A stretch of 64,000 bases of DNA from NCBI GenBank assembly GCA_963822445.1, contig CAWGHO010000001.1, forward strand, positions 672,001 to 736,000, written 5' to 3'. This document shows positions 1-10,671 of this stretch, piece after piece. The position numbers and the translations under genes were made by a program. Source of the DNA: an uncultured Acidobacteriota bacterium (lineage in GTDB: Bacteria > Acidobacteriota > Thermoanaerobaculia > Gp7-AA8). The notes below the pieces were generated by a model. It made no database searches and was not told where the DNA came from. It saw only the letters and a list, made by a program, of their open reading frames with translations. Within the stretch, counting starts at the first letter, position 1, and the number at the start of each line of letters is the position of its first letter.

Positions 1-3000
1 GCCGCTGGCGTTGGTCACGGTGATGTAGTAGTTGCCGGCCTGGGTGACGTTCAGCGTCGGCCCGTTCGTGCCGTTGTTCCAGACGTACGACGCATAGCCG
101 GCCGGTGCGGTGAGAGTGATGGACGAGTTGGGGCAGATCGACGTCGGTCCGCTCACGACCGGCGCGGCGGGCAACGGGTTCACGGTGACCGTCGTGTCGG
201 CGCTCGTGGACGTGCAACCGTTCGCGTCGGTGACGGTCACGCGATACACGCCGGACGTCGTGACGACGATCGACTGATCGTCCTCGCCGTTGTTCCAGAG
301 GTACGAGTAACCGGCGGGCGCGCTCAGCGTGACCGAGCCACCCTGGCAGAACGACAGCGCGCCGCTCGCGGTCACCGTCGGCGTGGCTGGCGGCGTGTTC
401 ACGGTGACGACCGTGTCCGGGCTCGTGGCCGTGCAGCCGTTCGCGTCGGTGATGGTGACGCGATACGGGCCGGAATTCGTGACGACGATCGACTGATCGT
501 CCTCGCCGTTGTTCCAGAGATACGAGTAACCGGCGGGCGCGCTCAGCGTGACCGAGCCGCCCTGGCAGAACGAAAGCGCGCCGCTCGCGGTGACCGTCGG
601 CGTGGCCGGCGGCGTATTCACGGTGACGACCGTGTCGGCGCTCGTGGCCGTGCAGCCATTCGCGTCGGTGATGGTGACGCGATACGGACCGGAATTCGTG
701 ACGACGATCGATTGATCGTCCTCGCCGTTGTTCCAGAGGTACGAGTAACCGGCGGGCGCGGTCAGCGTGACCGAGCCGCCCTGGCAGAACGTGAGCGCGC
801 CGCTCGCGGTGACCGTCGGCGTGGCCGGCGGCGTGTTCACCGTGACGACCGTGTCGGCGCTCGTGGCCGTGCAGCCATTCGCGTCGGTGATGGTCACGCG
901 ATACGGGCCGGAATTGGTGACGACGATCGACTGATCGTCCTCGCCGTTGTTCCAGAGATACGAGTAACCGGCGGGTGCGGTCAGCGTGACCGAGCCGCCC
1001 TGACAGAAGGATAGAGCGCCGCTCGCGGTGACCGTCGGCGTGGCCGGCGGCGTGTTCACGGTGACGACCGTGTCCGCGCTGGTCCTGCTGCAGCCGTTGG
1101 CGTCCGTGACCGTGACGCGATACGTGCCGGACGTCGTCACGTTGATCGACGGACCGGTCTCGCCGTTGTTCCAGACATACGAGTAACCGGCAGGTGCGGT
1201 CAGCGTGACCGAGCCGCCCTGGCAGAAGGAGAGGTCGCCGCTCGCGGTGATCGTCGCCGGCGGCAGCGCATTCACCGTCACCGTCTTCGTGCTCGCCGCC
1301 GAGCATCCCGGATTGGTTACGGTGACGGTCAGTGTGACCGCGCCGAGGCCGGAGGGGGTGAAGAAGACTTCGCGATTGCTGGGGAAGCTGATCGTGCCGC
1401 CGGTGATCGACCAGGCATAGGTCGCGTTCGTACCGGCATCGGCAACGCTCGCCGTTCCCGATCCGCCTTCGCAGACGGCGTCAGGCGCGGTGATGCTCGC
1501 GTCGATCGCGCTCTGGACGGTGTAGCTGATGGCGTTGCTGTTGGTCTCGCAGCCGAGGGCGTCGATGACTTTGAGGTAGACGAAGCCGGAGGTCGAGGGC
1601 GTGTAGGTGAACTGCGCCGAACTCCCGCCGGCGATCGCCGTGTACGTGTTGTCGTACCACTGATAGGTGTAACCCGAGCCGCCGGTGGCGGACCCGTCGA
1701 GACTGATCGCGCCGCCCGGGCAGACCGACGTGCGATCGGCCGTGGCCGTTGCGGTGATCTGGCGAGCTTCGACGGTTACAGGGTCCGACGTGACCGTGCA
1801 CCCGTCGCTGTACGTCGCGGTGACGTAGTACGTGCCGGTCTGCCAGGCAGCGAACGATGCGCCCTGCGCGCCGTTGTTCCACTGGAACGAGGTCGCGCCG
1901 TCCGCCGAAGCGGTGAGCGTGACGCTCGATCCGTCGCAGAACGTCGTCGGACCGCTCGCGCTCACCGTGACCTCGCGCTGCGTGACGGCGACCGGATTCG
2001 ACGCCGTGTACGTGCAGCCGTTGTTGCTGGTGATGACCGAGTACGAATCGGGGGTGCTGACGGTGATCGACTGCGTGGTGGCGCCGTTCGACCACTGCCA
2101 GGCGTCGCCGCCGTTCGCGGTCAGGGTCACGCTGCCGTTCGCGCAGAGATTCGTCGAGCCGGTGACGGTGATCGTCGAGACGCCGGTGGTGACGACCACG
2201 GCATCGGACGGAACGGATTCGCAGAAGCGATTGCTGACGCGCACCGAGTACGAGCCCGGCTCGGTGACGGTGATCGACTGCGTCGTCGCGCCGTTCGACC
2301 AGGTCCACGAATCCGCCGCCGATGCGGTCAGGGTCACGCTGCCGCCCGCCGGGCAAAGCTGCGTCGACGACGCGGTGACCGTCGGCTTCGCAGGATACGC
2401 AGTGAAGATGAGCGTGACCGCGGAGGTCGTGCTGCAACCGTTCGCGTCGGTCATGGTCAGGGTGTACGTGCCCGAAGTGGTCACGTAGTTGACCGGCGTT
2501 CCGTTATTGGACCAGGAGTAGGTGTTGGCCTGATTGAGCACGGTCGGGATCAGGGCGATCGTCGGATTGCCGCAGATCTCGTAGGTGTCGCCGTTCTGCT
2601 GGACGATGCCGCCGCTGCCGGTCTCGCTGTACGACGTGCGCACTTCGATGTCGACGACGGGAGTCGGATCGACCGTGACCACGACCGGATCGCTCGTCTG
2701 CGAGCAGCCGTACTGGTCGGTGATCTGGACCGTGTACGAGCCCGACTCGCTCACGACGATCGACTGCGCCTGCGACTGGTTCGACCAGAGGTAGGTGTAG
2801 CCGGGTTGTGCGGTCAGGGTGACCGAGCCGCCCTGGCAGAAGCGCGTGGCCCCGCTGAAGGCCACATTGCGATTGAGGTTCGAGACGTCGACGCTGCCGC
2901 TGGAGCTCTTCGAGCAGCCGTTCAGCGAGACGTCGAGGGTGTAGTCGACGCGGTAGGAATCGAACTGGGTCTGGATGACGATCGTGCGCGTGCCCTGTCC

Positions 3001-6000
3001 GGAGAGAACCGGCGCACCGACGATGTTCCAGTTGTACGTCGCGCCGGCCCGATCCTCGGACGCGGTGAGAGTCAGCGTGTCGTTCTCGCAGATCCGCGAC
3101 GGATGCGGCTCGACCGCGGCGGTCGGGACCGGATTAACGGTGACGACCTTCGTCGAATTCGAGTAGCAGGAATTCGGGCGATAGACGAGCGCGGTCAGCG
3201 TGACGCTGGTCGAGCCGGCGAACGGCTCGAAGACGATCTCGCGCTCGTAGGCCGACCATCCGGCCTTGACCTGTCCGCCCTGAAGCGTCCAGACGTAGCT
3301 CGCGTCCGCGCCTCCATCCGGAACAGAGGCCATGACCGCGGTGCCCGCGCACATGGAGTCGGGCGAGGTGATGGTCGTATCGGGCGGCGCGACGAGCGGC
3401 ACGGTGACCGAGACTTCGCGCATGCAGCCTGCGGTGGTGAATGCCTGCACGGTGATGGTCACGGGACCGTTGCCGTCAGGGAGAACCTGGCCGCTGGTCG
3501 TGTTGTTGATTCCAGTCTCGCCGTTGATGACCGTCCAGTTGTAACCGGTGAAGCCGCTGCCGTTGACGGTGACCGTGAACTGCGCGTTCGTACATGCGTC
3601 CGCGGGTGCGGTCAGCGTGGGAGCGATCACGTTCTCGTACGGGATCGTGACCGACGCGGGTGCGGCGACGCAGCCGAAGCTGTCCGTGCCGCTGAAATTC
3701 AGCGTGACCGCGCCGCTGCCGTTCGCGGTGAAGGTGACGTCGGTGCCGTTGAACGAAGTCTGACCGTTGCTGAACGTGCCGTTGGTGATTGTCCACGCGG
3801 CCGTGGCCCACGATCCGCCGCCGGACGGCGGGACGGCGCTGGCCGTGGCCGGATCGGTCGCGCAGATTGCGCTCGGCGCGTTGATGGCCGCTGGCGCGAT
3901 CGTGCGGATGGCGACCGTGCGCGTGCTTTCCGCGGTCCAGCAGCCCGCGACCGTGTTGCCGGTAGCGGTGAGCGTCACCGGGCCGGTTCCGTCGGCCTGG
4001 AAGGTGATGGCCATCCCCTCCGGATCGACGTTCTGCAAGGTGCCGTTGGTGATCGACCAGGAGACATAGGTGAATGGATCGGGGGAGATCTGGGTGATCG
4101 ACGCCGATGCGTTCTGGCCGGGGCAGACATTCGACGGCGCGTTGATCGCGGGCGGATCGACGACACGCAACGCGATTTCTTTCGTTGCGACCACGCTGGT
4201 GCAACCGGTGGCATCGCTGACGGTCGCGGTGAGCGTGACCGGACCGTTGCCATTCGCGCGGAAGCCCACGGGATTGCCCATCGTGCTGTCCGTGCCGCCG
4301 CCCATCGGCGAGGCCAGCTCGCCGTTGGTGATGGTCCACCAGACGGAAACCCACTCGCCCTCAGCCGGCGGATCGACGGACGCCGTACTCGGCTCTCCGT
4401 AGCAGATGTTTGCCGGCGCGTTGATGACCGGAGCGGGAAGGTACGTGATGGGAACCGTCGCGCTGGCGACGGTGGTCGTGCACCCCGAGGCGTTCGTGGC
4501 GGAAGCCTGGAGGACTACTGGCTCACCGCCGGTGGTGATGAACTCGACAGTCTCACCGGTCGTGTTCGGGCTCGTGAAGAAGCCGTTGGTGATGGTCCAC
4601 TGAACCTGGGACCACGATCCTTCGGCCGGCGGTGCAACCGATGCGGTCGCGGGGACGTTCGGGCAGACGCCTTCCGGCGCGCTGATGACGGGCGGCTCGA
4701 CCGTGGCGATGGAGACGGTCACGGTGCCCATCGGCGAGTAGCAGCCCTGACTGTCCTGCCCGCCCGCGCTCAACACCACCGGCTCGGTACCCGTGGCAAC
4801 GAACGTCACTCCGTTCCCGCTCGCGCTGGTGGTCTGGTTCCCGAGATAGTCGGTGAAGTAACCGTTCTGGATCGACCAGTACACCATCGACCAGCTGCCT
4901 TCCGCGGGCGGCAGCACCGCCGCGTACTGCGAAGTGTTCGGGCAGACGCTCGCCGGAACGCTGAAGGAGGGGGCCGGGATCGTGCGGATGTCAACGCTGC
5001 GCGTTCCCATCGGCGAGTAGCAGCCCTGATCGTCCTGAGCTCCGACGCTCAGCATCACCGGCCCGGCGCCATTGGCAACGAACATCACTCCGTTCCCGAT
5101 GCTGCTGGTGGTCTGGTTCCCGAGGTAGTCGGTGAAGTAGCCGTTCTGGATCGACCAGTACACCATCGACCAGGTGCCTTCCGCGGGCGGCAGCACCGCC
5201 GCGTACTGCGAAGTGTGCGGGCAGACCTGGACCGGCGCTTCGATCACCGGCGCTGGAATCGTGCGGATCTCGACGCTGCGCGTTCCCATCGGCGAGTAGC
5301 AGCCCTGATCGTCCTGAGCTCCGACGCTCAGCATCACCGGCCCGGCGCCATTGGCAACGAACATCACTCCGTTCCCGATGCTGCTGGTGGTCTGGTTCCC
5401 GAGGTAGTCGGTGAAGTAACCGTTCTGGATCGACCAGTACACCATCGACCAGGTGCCTTCCGCGGGCGGCAGCACCGACGCGTACTGGCTCGTGTGCGGG
5501 CAGACCTGAACCGGCGCTTCGATCGCCGGAGCGGGAATCGTGCGGATCTCGACGGTGCGCGTTCCCATCGGCGAGTAGCAGCCCTGGTCGTCCTGCGCTC
5601 CGATGCTCAACGTCACCGGACCGCTGCCGTTGGCGACGAACATGACGCTGGTGCCGGTCGCGCTGGTGGTCTGCTGCCCCAGGTAGTCGGTGAAGTAGCC
5701 GTTCTGGATCGACCAGTACACCATCGACCAGCTGCCTTCCGCGGGCGGTTGCACCGATGCGTACTGACTTGTGTGCGGGCAGACCTGCGCGGGGGCGTCG
5801 ATGACCGGCGCGGCGATCGTGCGCATCTCGACGGTGCGCGTTCCCATCGGCGAGTAGCAGCCCTGGTCGTCCATGGCGCTCACGCTCAACGTCACCGGCC
5901 CGTAGCCGTTGGCGACGAACATGGCATTCGGGCCGGATGCGTTTGGCTGCGGCCCCCACTCAGTGACGAAGTGACCGTTCTGGATGGACCAGTACACGAG

Positions 6001-7029
6001 AGCCCACTCGCCTTCCGCGGGCGGTTGCAGCGACGCGTACTGACTGGTGTGCGGGCAAACCTCTGCTGGAGCGTCGATGACCGGCGCTGGAAGCTGGCGA
6101 AGCTCGACCTGCGCTGTCCCTGTCTGCGGATCGCAGCCCTCGGTGTCAGTTCCCTGTGCGTAGAGCGTGACCGGGCCATAGCCGTTCGCGAAGAAGGTGA
6201 CCGTCTCGCCGATCGTGGAAGACGTCGTGTAACCCCATTGGTCCCGGAACGATCCGTTGGTGATGCTCCAATAAACGGTCGACCACGATCCGACGCTCGG
6301 CGGCGCAACGCTGGCCGTGTTGTCATCATTCGGGCAGACCTGTGATGGCGCAGTGATCACCGGCGCCGTTCCCTCGCGGATCCCCACGGTCGTAAATGCC
6401 GGAGGCAGCGGACAACCGCTGCTGTGCTGCGTCGTGACCTCGAGCTCGACCGGCGCCGAGCCGGTTGCGCGGAACTCCACCGTTTCGCCGTATGCAAACA
6501 GACGCCAGGGTCCGCCCGGCTCGCGCAGTTGTCCGTGGCTTATCCTCCACTCGACTGACGTCCAGGTACCTGCCGCGGGCGGCGCGACGCTGGCCGGCGA
6601 CACGCTGTGGGCACAGACTTCCGGCGCGACCACGACCACCGGCGGACCGCTCAGCACGGGGATCTGCTCTGACGCTTGCGGCGTCAGGCATCCGAACTGG
6701 TCGGTTGCCTGAGCGGTGAGCGTCACCGGCCCGCTGCCGTCGGCATTGAAGGTGATGTATGGAGGGCCCGTCACGGTGGAAGCCGGATTGCCATTCGCAT
6801 CGAGCAGGTGACCACCCGTCATCGACCAGGTCGTGCTCATCCATTGGCCGCCGCTGGTCGGCGGCTGCAACGACGCCCCCGCGGCGTACGTGCCACAAAG
6901 CAGATCCGGCGCGTCGATGACCGCCGAACAGGTCTGCGCCTCGAGCATCGTGGGCGCTGCAACCAGAAGAAGGAGCGCGAGGAAAAGCCGCGCGAAAGTG
7001 GCTACCCGAGGCGTGCGAGGGACGGACAT
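1..7029 (-). CDS. Giant secreted Ig-like/PKD-type repeat surface protein (adhesin-like); 3' end lies beyond the window
   Basis: ATG at 7029 gives MSVPRTPRVATFARLFLALLLLVAAPTMLEAQ (signal peptide). Spot checks in the same frame at 1-60, 301-360 and 721-840 read as coding (e.g. PTLNVTQAGNYYITVTNASG). Absent from the ORF track, consistent with no stop in the window. Repeats such as SGALSFCQGGSVTLSAPAGYSYLWNNGEDDQSIVVTTSGxYRVTxTDANGC. Confidence 0.85.
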   Translation of the reverse strand, partial: MSVPRTPRVATFARLFLALLLLVAAPTMLEAQTCSAVIDAPDLLCGTYAAGASLQPPTSGGQWMSTTWSMTGGHLLDANGNPASTVTGPPYITFNADGSGPVTLTAQATDQFGCLTPQASEQIPVLSGPPVVVVAPEVCAHSVSPASVAPPAAGTWTSVEWRISHGQLREPGGPWRLFAYGETVEFRATGSAPVELEVTTQHSSGCPLPPAFTTVGIREGTAPVITAPSQVCPNDDNTASVAPPSVGSWSTVYWSITNGSFRDQWGYTTSSTIGETVTFFANGYGPVTLYAQGTDTEGCDPQTGTAQVELRQLPAPVIDAPAEVCPHTSQYASLQPPAEGEWALVYWSIQNGHFVTEWGPQPNASGPNAMFVANGYGPVTLSVSAMDDQGCYSPMGTRTVEMRTIAAPVIDAPAQVCPHTSQYASVQPPAEGSWSMVYWSIQNGYFTDYLGQQTTSATGTSVMFVANGSGPVTLSIGAQDDQGCYSPMGTRTVEIRTIPAPAIEAPVQVCPHTSQYASVLPPAEGTWSMVYWSIQNGYFTDYLGNQTTSSIGNGVMFVANGAGPVMLSVGAQDDQGCYSPMGTRSVEIRTIPAPVIEAPVQVCPHTSQYAAVLPPAEGTWSMVYWSIQNGYFTDYLGNQTTSSIGNGVMFVANGAGPVMLSVGAQDDQGCYSPMGTRSVDIRTIPAPSFSVPASVCPNTSQYAAVLPPAEGSWSMVYWSIQNGYFTDYLGNQTTSASGNGVTFVATGTEPVVLSAGGQDSQGCYSPMGTVTVSIATVEPPVISAPEGVCPNVPATASVAPPAEGSWSQVQWTITNGFFTSPNTTGETVEFITTGGEPVVLQASATNASGCTTTVASATVPITYLPAPVINAPANICYGEPSTASVDPPAEGEWVSVWWTITNGELASPMGGGTDSTMGNPVGFRANGNGPVTLTATVSDATGCTSVVATKEIALRVVDPPAINAPSNVCPGQNASASITQISPDPFTYVSWSITNGTLQNVDPEGMAITFQADGTGPVTLTATGNTVAGCWTAESTRTVAIRTIAPAAINAPSAICATDPATASAVPPSGGGSWATAAWTITNGTFSNGQTSFNGTDVTFTANGSGAVTLNFSGTDSFGCVAAPASVTIPYENVIAPTLTAPADACTNAQFTVTVNGSGFTGYNWTVINGETGINNTTSGQVLPDGNGPVTITVQAFTTAGCMREVSVTVPLVAPPDTTITSPDSMCAGTAVMASVPDGGADASYVWTLQGGQVKAGWSAYEREIVFEPFAGSTSVTLTALVYRPNSCYSNSTKVVTVNPVPTAAVEPHPSRICENDTLTLTASEDRAGATYNWNIVGAPVLSGQGTRTIVIQTQFDSYRVDYTLDVSLNGCSKSSSGSVDVSNLNRNVAFSGATRFCQGGSVTLTAQPGYTYLWSNQSQAQSIVVSESGSYTVQITDQYGCSQTSDPVVVTVDPTPVVDIEVRTSYSETGSGGIVQQNGDTYEICGNPTIALIPTVLNQANTYSWSNNGTPVNYVTTSGTYTLTMTDANGCSTTSAVTLIFTAYPAKPTVTASSTQLCPAGGSVTLTASAADSWTWSNGATTQSITVTEPGSYSVRVSNRFCESVPSDAVVVTTGVSTITVTGSTNLCANGSVTLTANGGDAWQWSNGATTQSITVSTPDSYSVITSNNGCTYTASNPVAVTQREVTVSASGPTTFCDGSSVTLTASADGATSFQWNNGAQGASFAAWQTGTYYVTATYSDGCTVTSDPVTVEARQITATATADRTSVCPGGAISLDGSATGGSGYTYQWYDNTYTAIAGGSSAQFTYTPSTSGFVYLKVIDALGCETNSNAISYTVQSAIDASITAPDAVCEGGSGTASVADAGTNATYAWSITGGTISFPSNREVFFTPSGLGAVTLTVTVTNPGCSAASTKTVTVNALPPATITASGDLSFCQGGSVTLTAPAGYSYVWNNGETGPSINVTTSGTYRVTVTDANGCSRTSADTVVTVNTPPATPTVTASGALSFCQGGSVTLTAPAGYSYLWNNGEDDQSIVVTNSGPYRVTITDANGCTATSADTVVTVNTPPATPTVTASGALTFCQGGSVTLTAPAGYSYLWNNGEDDQSIVVTNSGPYRVTITDANGCTATSADTVVTVNTPPATPTVTASGALSFCQGGSVTLSAPAGYSYLWNNGEDDQSIVVTNSGPYRVTITDANGCTATSPDTVVTVNTPPATPTVTASGALSFCQGGSVTLSAPAGYSYLWNNGEDDQSIVVTTSGVYRVTVTDANGCTSTSADTTVTVNPLPAAPVVSGPTSICPNSSITLTAPAGYASYVWNNGTNGPTLNVTQAGNYYITVTNASG
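170..1245 (-). repeat. About 5 near-identical in-frame tandem repeats of 219 bp (73 aa)
   Basis: YSY(L)W codons recur at about 301, 520, 739, 958 and 1177 (period 219). Confidence 0.9.
4690..6090 (-). repeat. About 5 in-frame tandem repeats of 279 bp (93 aa)
   Basis: cccatcggcgagtagcagccctg recurs near 4725, 5004, 5283, 5562 and 5841 (period 279). Unit VCPHTSQYASVxPPAEGxWSMVYWSIQNGYFTDYLG...DDQGCYSPMG. Confidence 0.9.
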
Positions 7030-7242
7030 GAGATCTCCGTAAAGCTTCCGCGCTCTCCGGCGCGGGAGCGGATTTGCGTGACGAATTTGCCTGCGTGTTG
7101 CGGGGTTGTTTTGGGGCTGAAGCTAACCGTTGAGGATCGGTGAACACTAGCCGAAAGCCAGCGCTACCGCAAGGATGGAATTCCGGCCGACCGGCCGGTT
7201 TAGGCCCGGAATCTTTGTCCTTTCAATTCGTTACGAAGGCCC

Positions 7243-8389
7243 GTGACGACCAGACAGTCCCGCGAGATCCGCATCGGCAATGTCCGCATCGGCGGCACGA
7301 ATCCGATCGCGGTCCAGTCCATGACCGCCACCCGCACGCAGGACATCCCGGCGACCATTCGCCAGGTGGAACTGCTCGAGGCCGCCGGCGCGGACGTGAT
7401 CCGCATCGCCGTCGACAATCCGAAGGACGTGACCGCCCTGGCCGAGATCCGCGCGGCCCGTCCGAACGCCAACCTCTCCATCGATCTTCAGGAGAACTAC
7501 CGGCTCGCCGAGAAGGTCGCGCCGTTCGTCCAGAAGCTCCGCTACAACCCCGGCCACCTCTACCACATCGAGCGCGACAAGCCGGTGCGCGACAAGGTGA
7601 AGTACCTCGTCGACGTCGCCCGCCAGCACGACTGCGCGATGCGCATCGGCGTGAATGCCGGGTCGGTCGATCCGGACAAGCTGGCGAAGTACGACAAGGC
7701 CGATTCGATCACGCCGATGCTGGAGTCCGCGCTCGAACACTGCGCGATGCTCGATGAGATCGGCTTCGATCAGTACTGCGTTTCGATCAAGGACTCCGAT
7801 CCGAACAAGGTCATCGACGCGAACATCCGCTTCGCCGGGCTCCGCCCCGACGTCCCGCTGCACCTCGGCGTGACCGAAGCAGGCATGCCGCCGGACGGGA
7901 TCATCAAGACCCGCATCGCCTTCGAACAGCTCATCACCCGCGGCATCGGCGACACCATCCGGGTCTCCCTCACCCTGCCCTTCGAAAAGAAGGGCGAGGA
8001 GGTCGACCGTCGGGCGCCAGATCCTCGACGACATCGCCGCGGGGCGCTTCCGCTCGGTCCCCCGCTTCGAGCACAAGGGCATGAACATCATCAGCTGCCC
8101 GTCCTGCTCGCGCGTGGAGAACGAGGCCTTCATCGATCTCGCCCAGAACGTGAAAGTAATGACCGAGTACGCGAAGGAGCACGACATCACCATCGCCGTG
8201 ATGGGCTGCCGCGTGAACGGCCCCGGCGAGACCGACGACGCCGACCTCGGCATGTGGTGCGCGCCGACCTACGTGAACCTGAAGAAGGGTGAGCAGTCGC
8301 TCGGCCACTACACCTACGACGAGATTCTCGGCAGGCTTCGCGCTGAGTTGGATAAGCTGATCGACGAACGGGCCCACGCAACCGCATGA
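7243..8389 (+). CDS. ispG: HMBPP synthase IspG/GcpE, split by a +1 frameshift near 8007 (probably a sequencing error)
   Basis: N-terminal part has [35 protein letters not shown]-terminal Fe-S domain ([20 protein letters not shown]) continues in another frame (8081-8389). Confidence 0.92.
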
Positions 8390-8880
8390 AACGAATCCAT
8401 TACCTGCTCATAACCGCCGCGATCATCATTCTCGACATCTGGACGAAGGCGCTGGTCCTCCGGCGCATCGACCTGCATGAAGCCATTCCGGTCATCCCGA
8501 ACTTCTTCCAGCTGGTCCACGTGCGCAATACCGGCGCGGCGTTCGGAATCGGCGCGAATGCAGCGTCGAAGATCGTGCCGCTGCTGCTCAACATCGGGGC
8601 GCTGGCGGTGTTCGGAGTGGTGGTCGTGTACGCGCTCCGCTCGTCAGTCACGGACCGCGTCCTCCAGACCGGCCTCCACCTGATCCTTGGCGGCGCGGTC
8701 GGCAACCTCCTCGATCGTTTCCGCTTCGGCTACGTCGTCGATTTCCTCGACGTGTACATCGGCCGCCATCACTGGCCGGCGTTCAACGTCGCCGATTCCG
8801 CGATCTGCATCGGCATTGCCCTGCTTTTCTTCGACATGAAGAAGAAGCCGGAGAGCGAGACGGAAACGGCAACAGCTTAG
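8386..8880 (+). CDS. lspA: Lipoprotein signal peptidase II
   Basis: [34 protein letters not shown] motifs. Confidence 0.97.
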   Translation: MKRIHYLLITAAIIILDIWTKALVLRRIDLHEAIPVIPNFFQLVHVRNTGAAFGIGANAASKIVPLLLNIGALAVFGVVVVYALRSSVTDRVLQTGLHLILGGAVGNLLDRFRFGYVVDFLDVYIGRHHWPAFNVADSAICIGIALLFFDMKKKPESETETATA

Positions 8881-9530
8881 ACCGCGATCTCTTTCACGTC
8901 GCCAATCTTCAGCCGCGGCCCGGTCATCTCCTGAACCTGTTCCGGCGTGACCCCCGGCGCGACTTCGATGAGCTCCAGGCCGTCGCTGGTTACGTCGATC
9001 ACCGCGTAGTCGGTGATGATGCGATTCACCACCTGCACTCCGGTGAGGGGCAGATTGCACTGCTCGAGGATCTTCTTCTCCCCCTTCTTGGTGACGTGCT
9101 CCATGGTGACGATCAACCGCCGCGCGCCGGCCACGAGGTCCATCGCCCCGCCCATGCCCTTGACCATCGCGCCCGGCACCATCCAGTTGGCGATGTCCCC
9201 CTTCGCCGAGACCTGCATCGCCCCGAGAATCGACAGATCGACTTTCCCGCCACGGATCATCCCGAAGGAATCCGCGCTCGAGAAAAACGACGCGCCGGCC
9301 AGCGTGGTCACAGTCTGCTTCCCGGCATTGATGAGATCCGGATCGACCTCTTCCTCGCGCGGAAACGGTCCGAGCCCAAGGATGCCGTTCTCGGACTGAA
9401 GGATGACTTCCATACCTTCAGGGATGTTGTTCGCCACCAGCGTCGGCATGCCGATGCCAAGGTTGACGTAGTACCCGTCGCGAAGCTCGCGTGCGGCGCG
9501 GCGGATGATTTGCTCTCTCGTTAATGGCAC
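8877..9530 (-). CDS. scoB: 3-oxoacid CoA-transferase subunit B
   Basis: [30 protein letters not shown]. Confidence 0.95.
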   Translation of the reverse strand: MPLTREQIIRRAARELRDGYYVNLGIGMPTLVANNIPEGMEVILQSENGILGLGPFPREEEVDPDLINAGKQTVTTLAGASFFSSADSFGMIRGGKVDLSILGAMQVSAKGDIANWMVPGAMVKGMGGAMDLVAGARRLIVTMEHVTKKGEKKILEQCNLPLTGVQVVNRIITDYAVIDVTSDGLELIEVAPGVTPEQVQEMTGPRLKIGDVKEIAV

Positions 9531-9550
9531 GTTCTTGCCTCTTGGCGTGA

Positions 9551-9583
9551 AGTCGTTAGTCGTTAGTGGTTAGTCGTTAGTAG
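9551..9583. repeat. Heptamer tandem repeat (AGTCGTT)n, left arm flanking the four-helix-bundle gene
   Basis: agtcgtt agtcgtt agtggtt agtcgtt agtag. Confidence 0.85.
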
Positions 9584-9950
9584 GTTTGCGCGGTGCGCGA
9601 TGTTCGGTTGATTGCATCAAACCGTTGATGATTCGGCCGACCTCGTCGGCGCGAGCGGTCGCCGCCCGTATGGCAGCCGGCTCGGCCATCTTCAGTCGCG
9701 TTGCGAGAATCAACTGTGTTTGCAACTCGTGGAGAGAGCCTCGCGCCTGCGCGAGAAAGTGCTGTGTGTCCTTGTTTGTCTGCCTTCCATAGCCTTCCGC
9801 GATGTTAGACGGTATCGACACCGCGCTACGCCGCAATTGAGCCGTCAACCCGTACCTCTCGTCGGCGGGAAAGTCGCGCGTAACCGCGTAAATCTCCTCG
9901 ACGAGATCCATCGCTTTCTGCCAGGCGATCAAATCGCGAAACGAGTCCAT
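9570..9950 (-). CDS. Four-helix-bundle protein (23S rRNA IVP / TIGR02436-like family)
   Basis: FRDLIAWQKAMDL...FPADERYGLTAQLRRSAVSIPSNIAEG...ARGSLHELQTQL. Confidence 0.93.
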   Translation of the reverse strand: MDSFRDLIAWQKAMDLVEEIYAVTRDFPADERYGLTAQLRRSAVSIPSNIAEGYGRQTNKDTQHFLAQARGSLHELQTQLILATRLKMAEPAAIRAATARADEVGRIINGLMQSTEHRAPRKPTND

Positions 9951-9954
9951 CGTC

Positions 9955-9990
9955 CTACTAACGACTAACGACTAGCCACTAACGACTAAC
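9955..9990. repeat. Heptamer tandem repeat (AACGACT)n, inverted relative to 9551-9583
   Basis: ctact aacgact aacgact agccact aacgact aac. Confidence 0.85.
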
Positions 9991-10671
9991 CGTCCTCTGC
10001 TCAATCCTCTTCACCCGCTCCGCCACAATCATCCGATGCACAAAGATCCCCGGCGTGTGGATGCAATCGGGATCGAGCGCGCCGGGCTCCACGAGCTCTT
10101 CGACTTCTGCGATGCAGACCCTTCCCGCCGTGGCGGCCATGGGATTGAAGTTGCGGGCGCTCTTGCGGTAGACGAGATTGCCGAGGCGGTCGCCGCGCCA
10201 GGCGGCGACGAGGGAGAAGTCGCCGACGATGCCGCGCTCCATCACGTACTGGCGGCCGTCGAACTCGCGGGTCTCCTTCCCTTCCGCGACCACCGTGCCG
10301 ACGCCGGCCGGTGTATAGAACGCCGGGATGCCCGCCCCGCCGGCGCGCATGCGCTCGGCCAGCGTTCCCTGCGGCGCAAACTCCACCTCCAGCTCGCCGG
10401 CGAGGAACTGCCGCTCGAACTCCGCGTTCTCGCCGACGTACGACGAGACCATCTTGCGGATCTGGCGCGTCTGCAGGAGCAGGCCCAGTCCCCAGTCATC
10501 GACGCCGGCGTTGTTGGAGACGCAGGTCAGGCCCTTCACGCCCTTCTTCACCAGCGCGTTGATCAAATTTTCGGGGATGCCGCAGAGGCCGAAACCGCCG
10601 ACGACGAGGGTGGAGTTGTCGCCGATGTCGTGAATCGCTTCATCGGCCGAGGCGATGACTTTGTTGATCAT
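9979..10671 (-). CDS. scoA: 3-oxoacid CoA-transferase subunit A
   Basis: MINKVIAS...[13 protein letters not shown]...SNNAG...SYVGEN...PQGTLAER...[11 protein letters not shown] at 10671 overlaps the upstream stop (ATGA). Confidence 0.95.
   Translation of the reverse strand: MINKVIASADEAIHDIGDNSTLVVGGFGLCGIPENLINALVKKGVKGLTCVSNNAGVDDWGLGLLLQTRQIRKMVSSYVGENAEFERQFLAGELEVEFAPQGTLAERMRAGGAGIPAFYTPAGVGTVVAEGKETREFDGRQYVMERGIVGDFSLVAAWRGDRLGNLVYRKSARNFNPMAATAGRVCIAEVEELVEPGALDPDCIHTPGIFVHRMIVAERVKRIEQRTVSR

Noticed and set aside
2806-6345. 1179-aa + strand ORF and other ORFs over 1-7000
   Set aside because: Antisense or off-frame shadows of the giant - strand repeat gene; Arg/Gly-rich with no motifs.
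7243-8389. Programmed frameshifting or pseudogenisation of ispG
   Set aside because: No slippery sequence, both halves look intact, and similar indels occur in two other genes.
9570-9950. DGR accessory gene (avd)
   Set aside because: No reverse transcriptase or TR/VR pair with adenine-specific differences seen in the window.
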